Positions 15,039 to 22,912 of a stretch of 32,431 nt of DNA are shown piece after piece; position 1 is the stretch's first letter; every line of letters starts with the position of its first letter. A program made the position numbers and the translations under genes. Below the pieces are notes generated by a model. That model ran no database searches and was not told where the DNA came from. It saw only the letters and a list, made by a program, of their open reading frames with translations. The DNA is from Nitrospirota bacterium (GTDB taxonomy: Bacteria > Nitrospirota > Thermodesulfovibrionia > Thermodesulfovibrionales > JdFR-85), in assembly GCA_015485235.1 (NCBI GenBank), contig WFTX01000234.1, positions 1-32,431 on the forward strand. The letters are read 5' to 3'.

Positions 15039-15400
15039 GAGGTCGAGGTCAAGTTGAGGTCGAGGTTGAGGTCAAGGTTGAGGAAAGCGGGTAGCGTGAA
15101 GGGAACTGTAGAGTGGAAGTGCGGAAGACTAATGGAACACAGATGAACACAGAAAAACGGGATTCACACTGATATAGAAAAGTTTAGCGTGTAGCGTATA
15201 GGTCGATACGACCAGGCGGGTAGTGGGTAGTTTTGAGATTATTCAGGATTTTAATCTGTGTAAATCTGTTTGTTTCTGTGTCATCAGTGTTCTATTGTTT
15301 AGAGATTTGAATTTTGAATTTGTTTAGGATTTAGAGTTTAGGATTTAGGATTTGTTTTAATCAGTGTAAATCCGTCTGTTTCTTTGTTAGTCTGTTTTGG
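15039..15400. repeat. Composite intergenic repeat element made of cascades of short tandem 'words', plus an internal inverted repeat
   Basis: 15039-15083 is about 3.7 copies of a (GAGGTCRAGGTT) unit. GTAGCG-type words follow at 15088-15100 and again at 15183-15230. 15134-15173 (GGAACACAGATGAACACAGAAAAACGGGATTCACACTGAT) is the inverted counterpart of two direct copies at 15253-15293 and 15359-15398 (AATCWGTGTAAATC..TCTGTTTCT..). 15305-15355 is tandem TTTGAATT and TTTAGGAT words. Confidence 0.85.
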
Positions 15401-15547
15401 GGAATTTTTCCGCAATAGCATGGGGAATCTTTCCTCGATTTGCCTTTCCGGTTTACAGATTCTTCAGAACCAGGGTTCTTTGTGTCCTTCTTGTTCTTAG
15501 TGGTTTAATACAAGATATCTGTGAAAACAATGGTGTATAATTTCTGT

Positions 15548-16438
15548 ATGAAGAGTACGATCGTAGCCGGAATGCTTGGTGCTGGGAAGACTACCTTCAT
15601 TTCCAATTATCTCAGGGAGAGAAGGGAGAAGGTAGTCGTTCTTGTGAACGACTTCGGGAAACTTGGTATCGACGGTGAGATCATCTCATCCGACGGATAT
15701 GAGTGCATAGAACTTCCGAGCGGGTGCGTCTGCTGCACCCTTAAGTATGATTTCGTTACAACCATAGGGAAGGTGCGGGATGAACTGTCCCCCGAGCACC
15801 TGATAATAGAGCCCAGCGGTGTTGCCTCCCCGTCGGCAGTGATAGAGGCCCTTGAACTGTCAGGGATAAGGAATGTCTCTGTGGTGCTTGTCGTGGACAT
15901 AAACGACTTTCTGGAAGTTCATGAAGCTGATATGTACGGGAGATTTTTTGAGGACCAGGTACGATATGCCGACCTGGTTCTTCTCAATAAGGCCGACCTT
16001 TCTGACAGTGAGAAGATAGGAAAGTGCAGGGAGATCATTTCAGAGTGGAACCCCCTTGCCCTTATACTCGAGAGTAAGTATGGGAGGATCAGTTCGGAGA
16101 TACCTGAGGGGAGCGAAAAGCGCTTGAACGATCATTCAGGAGGGGATTCCCACATCCACTGTGAAACCATTGCTTTAGTTTTAGGATCCGAACCAATTGA
16201 TTTTAATGTTGTTTCTGCATTCTATAATGATCTGAATGCTTCCAGTTACGGTAAGATTATCAGGGCCAAGGGGCTATTTATAACAGACCGGGGCAATTAC
16301 AGGATGGATATTGCCGGGGGGAGGGTATCGGCTGAACCGTTCAAGGGAGATCTGTATGAGAGCCGCATTGTCCTGATAGGTGAGGAGATTGACGAAGAAG
16401 AGGTGAGGGCGAGGGCTCAGGGGATCAAAGATGCCTGA
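15548..16438 (+). CDS. CobW/HypB/UreG-superfamily (G3E, COG0523-type) metallochaperone GTPase
   Basis: P-loop GMLGAGKTTF, then VNDFG, the metal motif GCVCCTL, IIEPSGVA and the NKADL GTP-specificity motif, followed by a CobW C-terminal domain. The start is uncertain: GTG 15521, ATG 15530 or ATG 15548. None has a clear SD. Confidence 0.85.
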   Translation: MKSTIVAGMLGAGKTTFISNYLRERREKVVVLVNDFGKLGIDGEIISSDGYECIELPSGCVCCTLKYDFVTTIGKVRDELSPEHLIIEPSGVASPSAVIEALELSGIRNVSVVLVVDINDFLEVHEADMYGRFFEDQVRYADLVLLNKADLSDSEKIGKCREIISEWNPLALILESKYGRISSEIPEGSEKRLNDHSGGDSHIHCETIALVLGSEPIDFNVVSAFYNDLNASSYGKIIRAKGLFITDRGNYRMDIAGGRVSAEPFKGDLYESRIVLIGEEIDEEEVRARAQGIKDA

Positions 16439-16510
16439 AATCAGGGTGTAGTCCGTTGGTTCTGGTCAGGAGACCGGAATTCCCTTTGGGAACTCAATGA
16501 TTAAAAAACA

Positions 16511-16539
16511 TTGACAAACGCCCCGTAATATGATAATAT
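16511..16539 (+). promoter_or_regulatory. Candidate sigma-70 promoter
   Basis: TTGACA (16511-16516), a 17-nt spacer, then TAATAT (16534-16539). It lies about 58 nt upstream of ATG 16597, which has a strong AAGGAGGAGG ribosome-binding site. Confidence 0.55.
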
Positions 16540-16596
16540 TTCTTCATCATAGAGAAAACCGTTGGTTTCTTAACCAAAAAAGGAGGAGGTCGATTA

Positions 16597-17286
16597 ATGT
16601 CAGAAGAGAAGAAAAGGGGTTTTGAGAAGAGACTGGCTGCCTACGCAGCGGCAGCAGCAGGTGTGATGGCTGTTGCACCTGCTGCAGATGCGGCAATACA
16701 GTATAGTGGCACGCAGAACCTGACAGTAAACTCGTCAAATTCAACTGTTCTAGTTGATCTTAATAATGATGGGACAAATGATTTTTCTTTCACCTACTCT
16801 TCTGATGTGTATGGTTCTCCAGGCATGATAATTAGAACATTAAATGGGAGCTTTATAGGTAATAGCTCTGCCAATTTGGATGCCGCGAATTTATCATCAG
16901 GATATTCTATTCGCTCAAATCTCTCTTCACCTTATGGATGGTGGACTGGCTACGAGCCCCTTGCGGGATCAGGCTCTATTACAGATGGAAGTTTCAACTA
17001 TGATGGTGCCCAGGGCTATATTGGTGTGAGGTTTACGAGTGCGACCTGTAACAACGGGAGTTACCACTACGGCTGGATCCAGTGGAGGACGGATACGAGA
17101 GCAACCCAGGGAACAATCATCGACTGGGCATATGAGGATCAGTGCGATACAGCCATCCTTGCCGGTGCCGGTGCACTACAGCAGCAGGTATCGGTTCCCT
17201 CGCTGAACGAATGGGGGATGCTTGCTCTGATCAGTCTTCTTGCAGGCGGTGGGATGCTCGCCATGAGGAGAAGGCAGGAGGCCTGA
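16597..17286 (+). CDS. Secreted protein with an IPTL-CTERM / PEP-CTERM-like C-terminal sorting signal
   Basis: 229 aa. The N-terminus has an Ala-rich signal region (LAAYAAAAAGVMAVAPAADA). The C-terminus VPSLNEWGMLALISLLAGGGMLAMRRRQEA is motif + TM helix + Arg cluster and matches the IPTLSEWG-type signature. The core contains YIGVRF...HYGWIQW. Confidence 0.65.
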   Translation: MSEEKKRGFEKRLAAYAAAAAGVMAVAPAADAAIQYSGTQNLTVNSSNSTVLVDLNNDGTNDFSFTYSSDVYGSPGMIIRTLNGSFIGNSSANLDAANLSSGYSIRSNLSSPYGWWTGYEPLAGSGSITDGSFNYDGAQGYIGVRFTSATCNNGSYHYGWIQWRTDTRATQGTIIDWAYEDQCDTAILAGAGALQQQVSVPSLNEWGMLALISLLAGGGMLAMRRRQEA

Positions 17287-17321
17287 GATCGCCTGACAGG
17301 CAACAGATTCAGATAAACACG

Positions 17322-17359
17322 ACAGAAGGGGCAGTTTTTATCTGCCCCTTCTGTTTTTA
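17322..17359 (+). terminator. Rho-independent terminator
   Basis: A perfect 13-bp stem, ACAGAAGGGGCAG (17322-17334) with CTGCCCCTTCTGT (17342-17354), a 7-nt loop, then TTTTT. Confidence 0.85.
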
Positions 17360-17507
17360 ATGAGGCAAACCGCCTTATCTTCCTGATGTCGGTTAGCGGC
17401 ATTATCCCGGGAAGGATCGGTATGGTTATCCCCTTCTTTTCTGCCCTGTCCAGGAGGTCGTAGAGGTACCGGTTGTCAAAGAACATCCGGGTGATGGCAA
17501 AATCTCC
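17358..17507 (-). pseudogene. metF: Internal remnant (~50 codons) of a methylenetetrahydrofolate reductase (metF) gene
   Basis: The minus-strand frame reads GDFAITRMFFDNRYLYDLLDRAEKKGITIPILPGIMPLTDIRKIRRFASL. It matches the conserved MetF block (GAdfaITQlFFDn..y..F.dr...GI.vPIiPGImPi......krf). The frame opens with a stop 13 codons upstream and loses similarity after ...RFASL, where it runs into the antisense of the terminator. No N- or C-terminal MetF sequence is present. Confidence 0.7.
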
Positions 17508-17514
17508 CTGATCT

Positions 17515-18060
17515 TCATGAGTCTGTGTTGCCTTCCGTTCCTGTTATACTGATTTCACCATTGATATTGACAGGTCTTATAAGACTGTCAACCACAGGAC
17601 AGTGGGCTATAACCCTTTCCGCAAGGGTCCTGACCTTTTCCTCTTCCTCCGGCGATTCTATTTTTAACGAGTACCGTATTCCGCTGAACCCTGCAGGTAC
17701 GGTATCATCCACCATGAAGAGACCCCGGAGGTCGAGTTCCCCTTCTATTTCAATGGAGATGGAATCTATCCGGAGCCCTTCATGGACGGCGAATTCGTAG
17801 AGTGCTCCTTCAATGCAGGCGGCAAGGGCGGCGAGGAGGAGTTCAATCGGGTTGGGGGCCTGGTCAGTACCACCGGCCGGCTCGGGGTAGTCCGCCTTCA
17901 CTGTGTGCTTTCTTACACTGGTCTCGGTGTAGAGCCCGTAGACGTGCCTTGAAGAGACCCTTGGCTGATACCGTGCCGTCTCAGGTTTCTTCCTGAAGAG
18001 CGCTATCCTTTTTGAAACAATCCTTTTCAGTTTCTCATTGTCGTAGGCGGCTTTCTCCAT
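17515..18060 (-). CDS. OsmC/Ohr-family protein with both conserved Cys and an N-terminal extension
   Basis: 181 aa. Motifs PNPIELLLAALAACIEGAL and ERVIAHCPVVDSL (the two OsmC-family cysteines). About 60 aa of N-terminal extension. Confidence 0.8.
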   Translation of the reverse strand: MEKAAYDNEKLKRIVSKRIALFRKKPETARYQPRVSSRHVYGLYTETSVRKHTVKADYPEPAGGTDQAPNPIELLLAALAACIEGALYEFAVHEGLRIDSISIEIEGELDLRGLFMVDDTVPAGFSGIRYSLKIESPEEEEKVRTLAERVIAHCPVVDSLIRPVNINGEISITGTEGNTDS

Positions 18061-18147
18061 TCATACCTCCTAAAGATTTTTTTGTGGTTGCAGTTATATC
18101 AGTTATGATATGTTTTTTGCAGAAAACAATCAGAACGGACAATAACC

Positions 18148-18163
18148 TGCAAGAATCATGCAA
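18148..18163 (-). promoter_or_regulatory. Weak candidate sigma-54 (-24/-12) promoter facing the 17515-18060 OsmC gene
   Basis: The minus strand reads TTGCATGATTCTTGCA against the consensus TGGCAC-N5-TTGCA. Spacing is correct and the -12 TTGCA is perfect, but the -25 G is a T. It lies about 77-90 nt upstream of the ATG at 18060. Confidence 0.3.
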
Positions 18164-18173
18164 ACAGTAACAT

Positions 18174-18203
18174 TTGACAAGGTCCTACTCGGGGGAAGAT
18201 AAT
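18174..18203 (+). promoter_or_regulatory. Candidate sigma-70 promoter facing the sigma-54 activator gene
   Basis: TTGACA (18174-18179), an 18-nt spacer, then GATAAT (18198-18203). It lies about 215 nt upstream of ATG 18418. Confidence 0.35.
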
Positions 18204-18417
18204 AAACATAAACATAGCATAAACAGGCGGGGAACCATACCCTCAAGCCTTCTCCAGAACCGATGAGATATTTCAGGATAAGCAGTAGCGGAGGACTTAA
18301 CCCCGGGTGGTATCCTGATTCAGGGAATGTCACCTTACGCTAAGGTATCGCTGGAGAGGCTTTCGGGCATAACTCCCCGCCATTTTCGAGCGATTTTATG
18401 CAACTGTAAAGTAAACT

Positions 18418-19920
18418 ATGAGTGAGAAAGAATACAAAGAGGTAATAGAAAGACAGAACAGGAAGCTTTCAATCCTCTACGATATAGCCATTACGGTAAG
18501 CAAGTCCCTGAACCTCAAGGAGATCCTGAGCAGTGCCCTTGACCGAGTCATCGAGTTCATGGGTGTTGACTCCGGGGTCATATATGTCATAAACGAGGAG
18601 AACCTGGAAATGCTACCCGTGGTCTTCAGGAATCTTTCTGATGAAGTAGTAGAGGATCTGACCAGAAACAGGGTCAGGGTCGGTGAGTGCATGTGTGGAA
18701 ATATTGCACAGTTTAATCGTGAGGTGATAATCAATGAGAAGGCTTCCGAGGACAGGCGTTTTACAAGGGAGACCCTGAAACGGGAGGGCATGGAGTTCTA
18801 TGCCGGGATCCCCCTCTATATCCGTGGAAGAGTGGTTGGTGTGCTCTGTGCAATAACCCATAAGCCTTACAGGCCGAAACCTGATGATATAGAGATTCTC
18901 CGTGCCGCCTCGGTCCCGATCGCCCTTGCCATTGAGAATGCAAGAATGTACGAATCTCTGAGGGAAGAGATTGAACGGATGGGCCAGGTATCTGATTTTT
19001 CGAATATCGTCACAAACAGCCCGAAGATGCTGAGGGTCCTTGACCTTGTCCGCAAGGTCCTCAATGTTCCAACAAGTATTCTTCTCTGTGGAGAAAGCGG
19101 GACAGGTAAAGAACTGATAGCCCGGGCGATACACTACAACAGTACCAGAAAGGAGGGTCCCTTTATACCTGTAAACTGTGCCGCCATTCCCGATTCCCTC
19201 CTTGAGTCAGAACTCTTCGGATACGTGAAGGGGGCCTTTACAGGTGCCTCTGGAGAGAAGAAGGGACTTTTTGAGGCCGCTGACGGAGGAACGCTCTTTC
19301 TTGACGAGATTAACTCCATGAGTGAGAGCCTTCAGTCCAAACTCCTCCGCTTTCTGCAGGACAGGCAGTTTTACAAGGTCGGCTCTACAACTCCCATTTC
19401 AGTGGATGTCAGGGTGCTCGCAGCTACCAACCAGGACCTGGACAGGGCTGTAAAGGAGTCACGGTTCAGGAAAGATCTCTTCTACAGACTGAATACCATG
19501 AAGATCTCCCTCCCTCCCCTGAGGGAGAGAGTAGAGGATATTCCCCTGCTTGCCAGGTATTTTATTGAGCGTTTGAATGCAAGGCTTAGAAGAAATATCA
19601 AGGGCATAACGGCCGGGGCGCTCAGAACACTCTCTCTTTATGAGTGGCCCGGTAATGTGAGAGAACTGGAAAACGCTATTGAGCATGCCATGATAATGAC
19701 AGAGGGTGAGTACATAACATTTGAAGACCTCCCTGAATCGGTAAGGCCTGACAGGGAGAGCCCCGATGATATATCACTGGAGTCGATTGAGAGAAGGCAT
19801 ATATTGAACGTACTGAAAATGACAGGAGGGGAGAAGAAAAAGGCTGCTGAACTTCTTGGGATCAACCCCGTTACCCTCTGGAGAAAATTGAAGGCCTACG
19901 GATTGAATGATATTGCATAA
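18418..19920 (+). CDS. Sigma-54-dependent transcriptional activator (GAF sensor, AAA+ domain, Fis-type HTH)
   Basis: 500 aa. N-terminal GAF-like domain. AAA+ Walker A GESGTGKE, the sigma-54 contact loop GAFTGA, Walker B LFLDEI, and WPGNVRELEN. The C-terminal HTH is KKKAAELLGINPVTLWRKLK. Confidence 0.92.
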   Translation: MSEKEYKEVIERQNRKLSILYDIAITVSKSLNLKEILSSALDRVIEFMGVDSGVIYVINEENLEMLPVVFRNLSDEVVEDLTRNRVRVGECMCGNIAQFNREVIINEKASEDRRFTRETLKREGMEFYAGIPLYIRGRVVGVLCAITHKPYRPKPDDIEILRAASVPIALAIENARMYESLREEIERMGQVSDFSNIVTNSPKMLRVLDLVRKVLNVPTSILLCGESGTGKELIARAIHYNSTRKEGPFIPVNCAAIPDSLLESELFGYVKGAFTGASGEKKGLFEAADGGTLFLDEINSMSESLQSKLLRFLQDRQFYKVGSTTPISVDVRVLAATNQDLDRAVKESRFRKDLFYRLNTMKISLPPLRERVEDIPLLARYFIERLNARLRRNIKGITAGALRTLSLYEWPGNVRELENAIEHAMIMTEGEYITFEDLPESVRPDRESPDDISLESIERRHILNVLKMTGGEKKKAAELLGINPVTLWRKLKAYGLNDIA

Positions 19921-19948
19921 TGCAATGTTTAAGTCGTGCAAAATTGCA
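19911..19948. promoter_or_regulatory. Two palindromes: a possible activator-binding (UAS) site, or a weak terminator for the activator gene
   Basis: ATTGCAT-A-ATGCAAT (19911-19925, perfect 7-1-7, spanning the stop codon) and TGCAA-AA-TTGCA (19937-19948). They lie about 190-225 bp upstream of the candidate sigma-54 promoter at 20134-20150. Confidence 0.35.
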
Positions 19949-20133
19949 TTATGAAGTTTCAATGGCCTGTGCTACTACAGGATTTCTACATTCTGCATAT
20001 AAAACAAGCTCTGTCCCAATCTAAAAGAAATTCTCTCTGCTGCCTGTAACCTCTGGATTAAAAAAGATTTTTCTGAAGTTATCCCCTGCCTAACAATAAC
20101 ACGGCAAGTTGTCGGAGCTGCCATTGAGTTTGA

Positions 20134-20150
20134 CAGGTATGATTGTTGCT
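20134..20150 (+). promoter_or_regulatory. Candidate sigma-54 promoter for the OsmC-like/DsrE-like gene pair
   Basis: CAGGTATGATTGTTGCT has GG (20136-20137) and GC (20148-20149) at canonical -24/-12 spacing, and the -12 element is TTGCT. It lies about 36 nt upstream of ATG 20186 (ribosome-binding site AGAGGAGG). Confidence 0.45.
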
Positions 20151-20185
20151 TTGTTTTAAGGAAATACTTTAGAGGAGGTAAGAAA

Positions 20186-20716
20186 ATGGCAGAGATCAAC
20201 GGACTCAAGACAGAATGCCTGCTCCAGGTCATCGAGCAGGTAAAGGCGAACTGGGAGATTGGAAGGACCGTCTGGAAGGCATCTGCACAATGGGAAGGTG
20301 GCTTCAAGGTAAAGACATCATCAAGAGAATTCACAATCGGTTTTGATGAGCCTGAGATGCTTTGCGGTACAAACACAGCGGCGAATCCCGTTGAGATAGT
20401 ACTGCAGGCTTATGGAGCCTGCCTGACGATCGGGTATGTGATGAATGCCGCAGCCAGGGGAATTACGCTCCATGATGTCCAGATAGAACTGGAAGGAGAG
20501 ATAGATCTTCCTGGATTCCTGGGACTTGAACCACCGGAGTCACTCAATATGGACAAGCTTCCAGGTTACAAATCAATCACTGTGAAGACACGTCTGAAGG
20601 GTGATGCCGATGCAGATACACTCAGGCAACTGCATGAGCACGTCATCGGGACCTCGCCTGTGGGTACGACCCTTACCCGTCCTGTCTCAATCAAGACTGA
20701 AGTAGAGGTGGGGTGA
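20186..20716 (+). CDS. OsmC-family protein lacking the second conserved Cys
   Basis: 176 aa. The motif ANPVEIVLQAYGACLTIGYV retains the first Cys. The position equivalent to ...HCPV... reads HVIGTSPVGTTL. Confidence 0.85.
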   Translation: MAEINGLKTECLLQVIEQVKANWEIGRTVWKASAQWEGGFKVKTSSREFTIGFDEPEMLCGTNTAANPVEIVLQAYGACLTIGYVMNAAARGITLHDVQIELEGEIDLPGFLGLEPPESLNMDKLPGYKSITVKTRLKGDADADTLRQLHEHVIGTSPVGTTLTRPVSIKTEVEVG

Positions 20717-21121
20717 GTGGAGACCTTGATTGCAGAGAGAGAGCAGGGCATGGAAGAACGGGAGATATTTGTAGTTCTCTGTGCATCAGGGTTTAATGAT
20801 GTTGCAAGGGCCCGTTCTGCCTTGATGTTTGCCGCTCTGGCAGCAACGGCAGAATGCAGGACCATCCTCTATGCCGTGCAGGAGTTTGTGGAAGTAATGG
20901 TAAAGGGCGCCATTGAGGAAAAAGAGGCCCCATCATCGGGTCCTTCACTCTCCCAGAGACTCGAGGAGGCCCTTGATGCCGGAGTGGAGATCCTTTGCTG
21001 CACCCAGACGATGGCCAACAAGGGGATAACCGAGGATGACCTGATAGAAGGTGCCAGGCCTGCAGGTGCAATGACACTCATAGACATAGCCACAAAGGCC
21101 CGCGGTGTCCTCTCCTTCTGA
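20717..21121 (+). CDS. DsrE/DsrF-like family protein (putative sulfur-relay / redox partner)
   Basis: 134 aa. GTG start at 20717 directly after the OsmC stop, with a GAGGTG ribosome-binding site; an alternative ATG is at 20750. It has a small alpha/beta-like pattern IFVVLCASGFND...MFAALAA...ILCCTQTMANKG...GAMTLID. Confidence 0.55.
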   Translation: METLIAEREQGMEEREIFVVLCASGFNDVARARSALMFAALAATAECRTILYAVQEFVEVMVKGAIEEKEAPSSGPSLSQRLEEALDAGVEILCCTQTMANKGITEDDLIEGARPAGAMTLIDIATKARGVLSF

Positions 21122-21184
21122 GTTCGCATAAGTATGTAGGTGTTGTTTCGCTTGTTTATTTGTTAAGCAGATGCATCCCTCCCC

Positions 21185-21220
21185 GACGGGGGCAGTCAGA
21201 ACCTGCCCCCGTCTTTATTA
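21185..21220 (+). terminator. Rho-independent terminator
   Basis: GACGGGGGCAG (21185-21195) pairs with CTGCCCCCGTC (21203-21213) around a 7-nt loop, followed by TTTATTAT. Confidence 0.8.
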
Positions 21221-21330
21221 TCAGGCATTTGTTTCTCTCTCGGGGGTGTAAAGTCCTGTCTTTTGTGTTAAAATATATTAAGCTAAGGAGGGGAAATCAC
21301 TAATAACAACCTCAAGACGATTGGGAGGGC

Positions 21331-22494
21331 ATGATGGCCGGAGAGTGTGGGACCATCCTCGTTGTTGATGACGATGAGAGAAACATCCGACTTCTAAGGG
21401 CCTTTCTTGAACCGGAGGGGTACGAGATTTCAGAGGCGACTAACGGGTGGGATGCCCTCAGGATATACAGGGAATCAATGCCTGACCTGGTTCTGCTTGA
21501 TATCATGATGCACGATATGGATGGTTATGAGGTCTGCCGGAAGATAAGGATGGAAGAGACCGACATTCATGTGCCTGTAATAATGGTTACAGCTCTGGAG
21601 GAGAGAGAAGAGAGGGAAAGGGCTGCCGAGGTCGGTGCCGATGATTTCATTACAAAACCAGTGGACAAAACAGAACTTATTTCCAGGGTGAAATCGCTCC
21701 TCAGGATAGCCTCCTATCAGAGGAGGCTTCATTTCAAGAACATGGAACTTCTGCGTATTAACGAGAGGCTTGAGAAAATCCAGAAAGCAAGGGAAGAACT
21801 GATACATATGATCATTCACGACCTGAAAAATCCACTGACAGGGGTTTACGGGAATCTTGAACTTATGATGATTTCCAGAGATACCCTTTCAGAACACCAG
21901 CAATCACTGCTGAAGAAGGCATTGATAGCCTGTGACAGGATCATGAATATGATACAGAATGTGCTGGATGTCTACAAGATTTCAGAGGGAAGGCTCATAC
22001 CACGGCTGTGTGTGGTGGAACTGAAGAGGCTTCTGGATGATATCCTGGATAACTTCCAGATGAAGGCTGAGGTCAAGGGGATTGATATACACCTCGATTG
22101 TAGACATGATCTGCCCATGCTGACCACTGATCCGGAGATTTTTACAAGAATAATGGGAAATCTACTATCCAATGCAATAAGACACAGCGAAAAGGACGGT
22201 CAGATACTGGTGGAAGTGAGAAGGGTGGATGATATGATTACCGTCTCTGTCTCAGACTGCGGCCCTGGTGTGCCAGATCATCTGAAGGAAAGAATCTTTG
22301 ACCGCTTTGAACAGGCAAGGCTTGAGGGGTACCAAAAAGAGACGGGGAGTGCCGGCCTTGGCTTGACCTTTTGCAGGCTTGCCGTTGAAAGCATGAACGG
22401 GAGGATCTGGGTGGAAGACAATCCTGACGGGAAAGGGAGCTGTTTCATTTTCTCTCTTCCCGTAATGCCTCCTGAGGGGCATCCCACTTCATGA
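21331..22494 (+). CDS. Response-regulator/histidine-kinase fusion (N-terminal REC, then HisKA and HATPase_c)
   Basis: 387 aa. REC motifs ILVVDDDERN, DLVLLDIMMHDMDG, ITKP. H-box HDLKNPL. ATP-lid motifs NLLSNAIRHS, DCGPGV and GSAGLGLTF. Confidence 0.9.
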   Translation: MMAGECGTILVVDDDERNIRLLRAFLEPEGYEISEATNGWDALRIYRESMPDLVLLDIMMHDMDGYEVCRKIRMEETDIHVPVIMVTALEEREERERAAEVGADDFITKPVDKTELISRVKSLLRIASYQRRLHFKNMELLRINERLEKIQKAREELIHMIIHDLKNPLTGVYGNLELMMISRDTLSEHQQSLLKKALIACDRIMNMIQNVLDVYKISEGRLIPRLCVVELKRLLDDILDNFQMKAEVKGIDIHLDCRHDLPMLTTDPEIFTRIMGNLLSNAIRHSEKDGQILVEVRRVDDMITVSVSDCGPGVPDHLKERIFDRFEQARLEGYQKETGSAGLGLTFCRLAVESMNGRIWVEDNPDGKGSCFIFSLPVMPPEGHPTS

Positions 22495-22868
22495 CATCCG
22501 ATAGTTCAGGGAAGACGATCCTTGTGGTTGAAGACAATCCCGTAAACCTCAAGCTCGTTAAAGCACTGCTTGAGATTGGGAAATATAATGTTATTTCGGC
22601 TTATGACGGAGAAGGAGCCTTGGAGGTTCTTGTCGATCATACTCCTGACCTGATACTCATGGATATACAACTCCCGGGTATCGATGGAATTGAGACAACG
22701 AGGCGGATAAAGGCGGATCCCCGTCTCCGGAATATCCCTGTCATTGCCCTTACGGCCTTTGTGCTGGAGGATGAGAAGAGGGATATCTGTTCGATCTGTG
22801 ATGGCTATATCCCCAAACCGATTGATACAAGGCAGTTTCTGACTATAATTTCTGATATCATTGGATAG
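22491..22868 (+). CDS. Single-domain CheY-like response regulator
   Basis: 125 aa. Motifs ILVVEDNPVN, DLILMDIQLPGIDG, ALTAF and IPKP. Its ATG overlaps the upstream TGA (ATGA). Confidence 0.9.
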   Translation: MTSDSSGKTILVVEDNPVNLKLVKALLEIGKYNVISAYDGEGALEVLVDHTPDLILMDIQLPGIDGIETTRRIKADPRLRNIPVIALTAFVLEDEKRDICSICDGYIPKPIDTRQFLTIISDIIG

Positions 22869-22912
22869 AATTATCCAATGACTGTATTAACGATCATCAA
22901 GGAGGATACCCT

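Noticed and set aside
15009-15520. CRISPR array or minisatellite-encoded peptide
   Set aside because: The repeat units are 6-12 nt and directly abutting, with no spacers. No cas genes are present, and no ORF has a start codon or ribosome-binding site in the region.
17139-17486. 115-aa ORF as an intact gene
   Set aside because: Only its first ~43 codons (plus 7 upstream codons) resemble MetF. The rest is antisense to a terminator and to the 3' end of the IPTL-CTERM gene. I called it a metF remnant instead.
18130-18333. 67-aa ORF in the OsmC/activator intergenic region; also 19975-20376 (-) and 29590-29952 (-)
   Set aside because: They have no ribosome-binding site and an odd composition, and they overlap promoter regions or the starts of well-supported genes. 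They are most likely non-coding.
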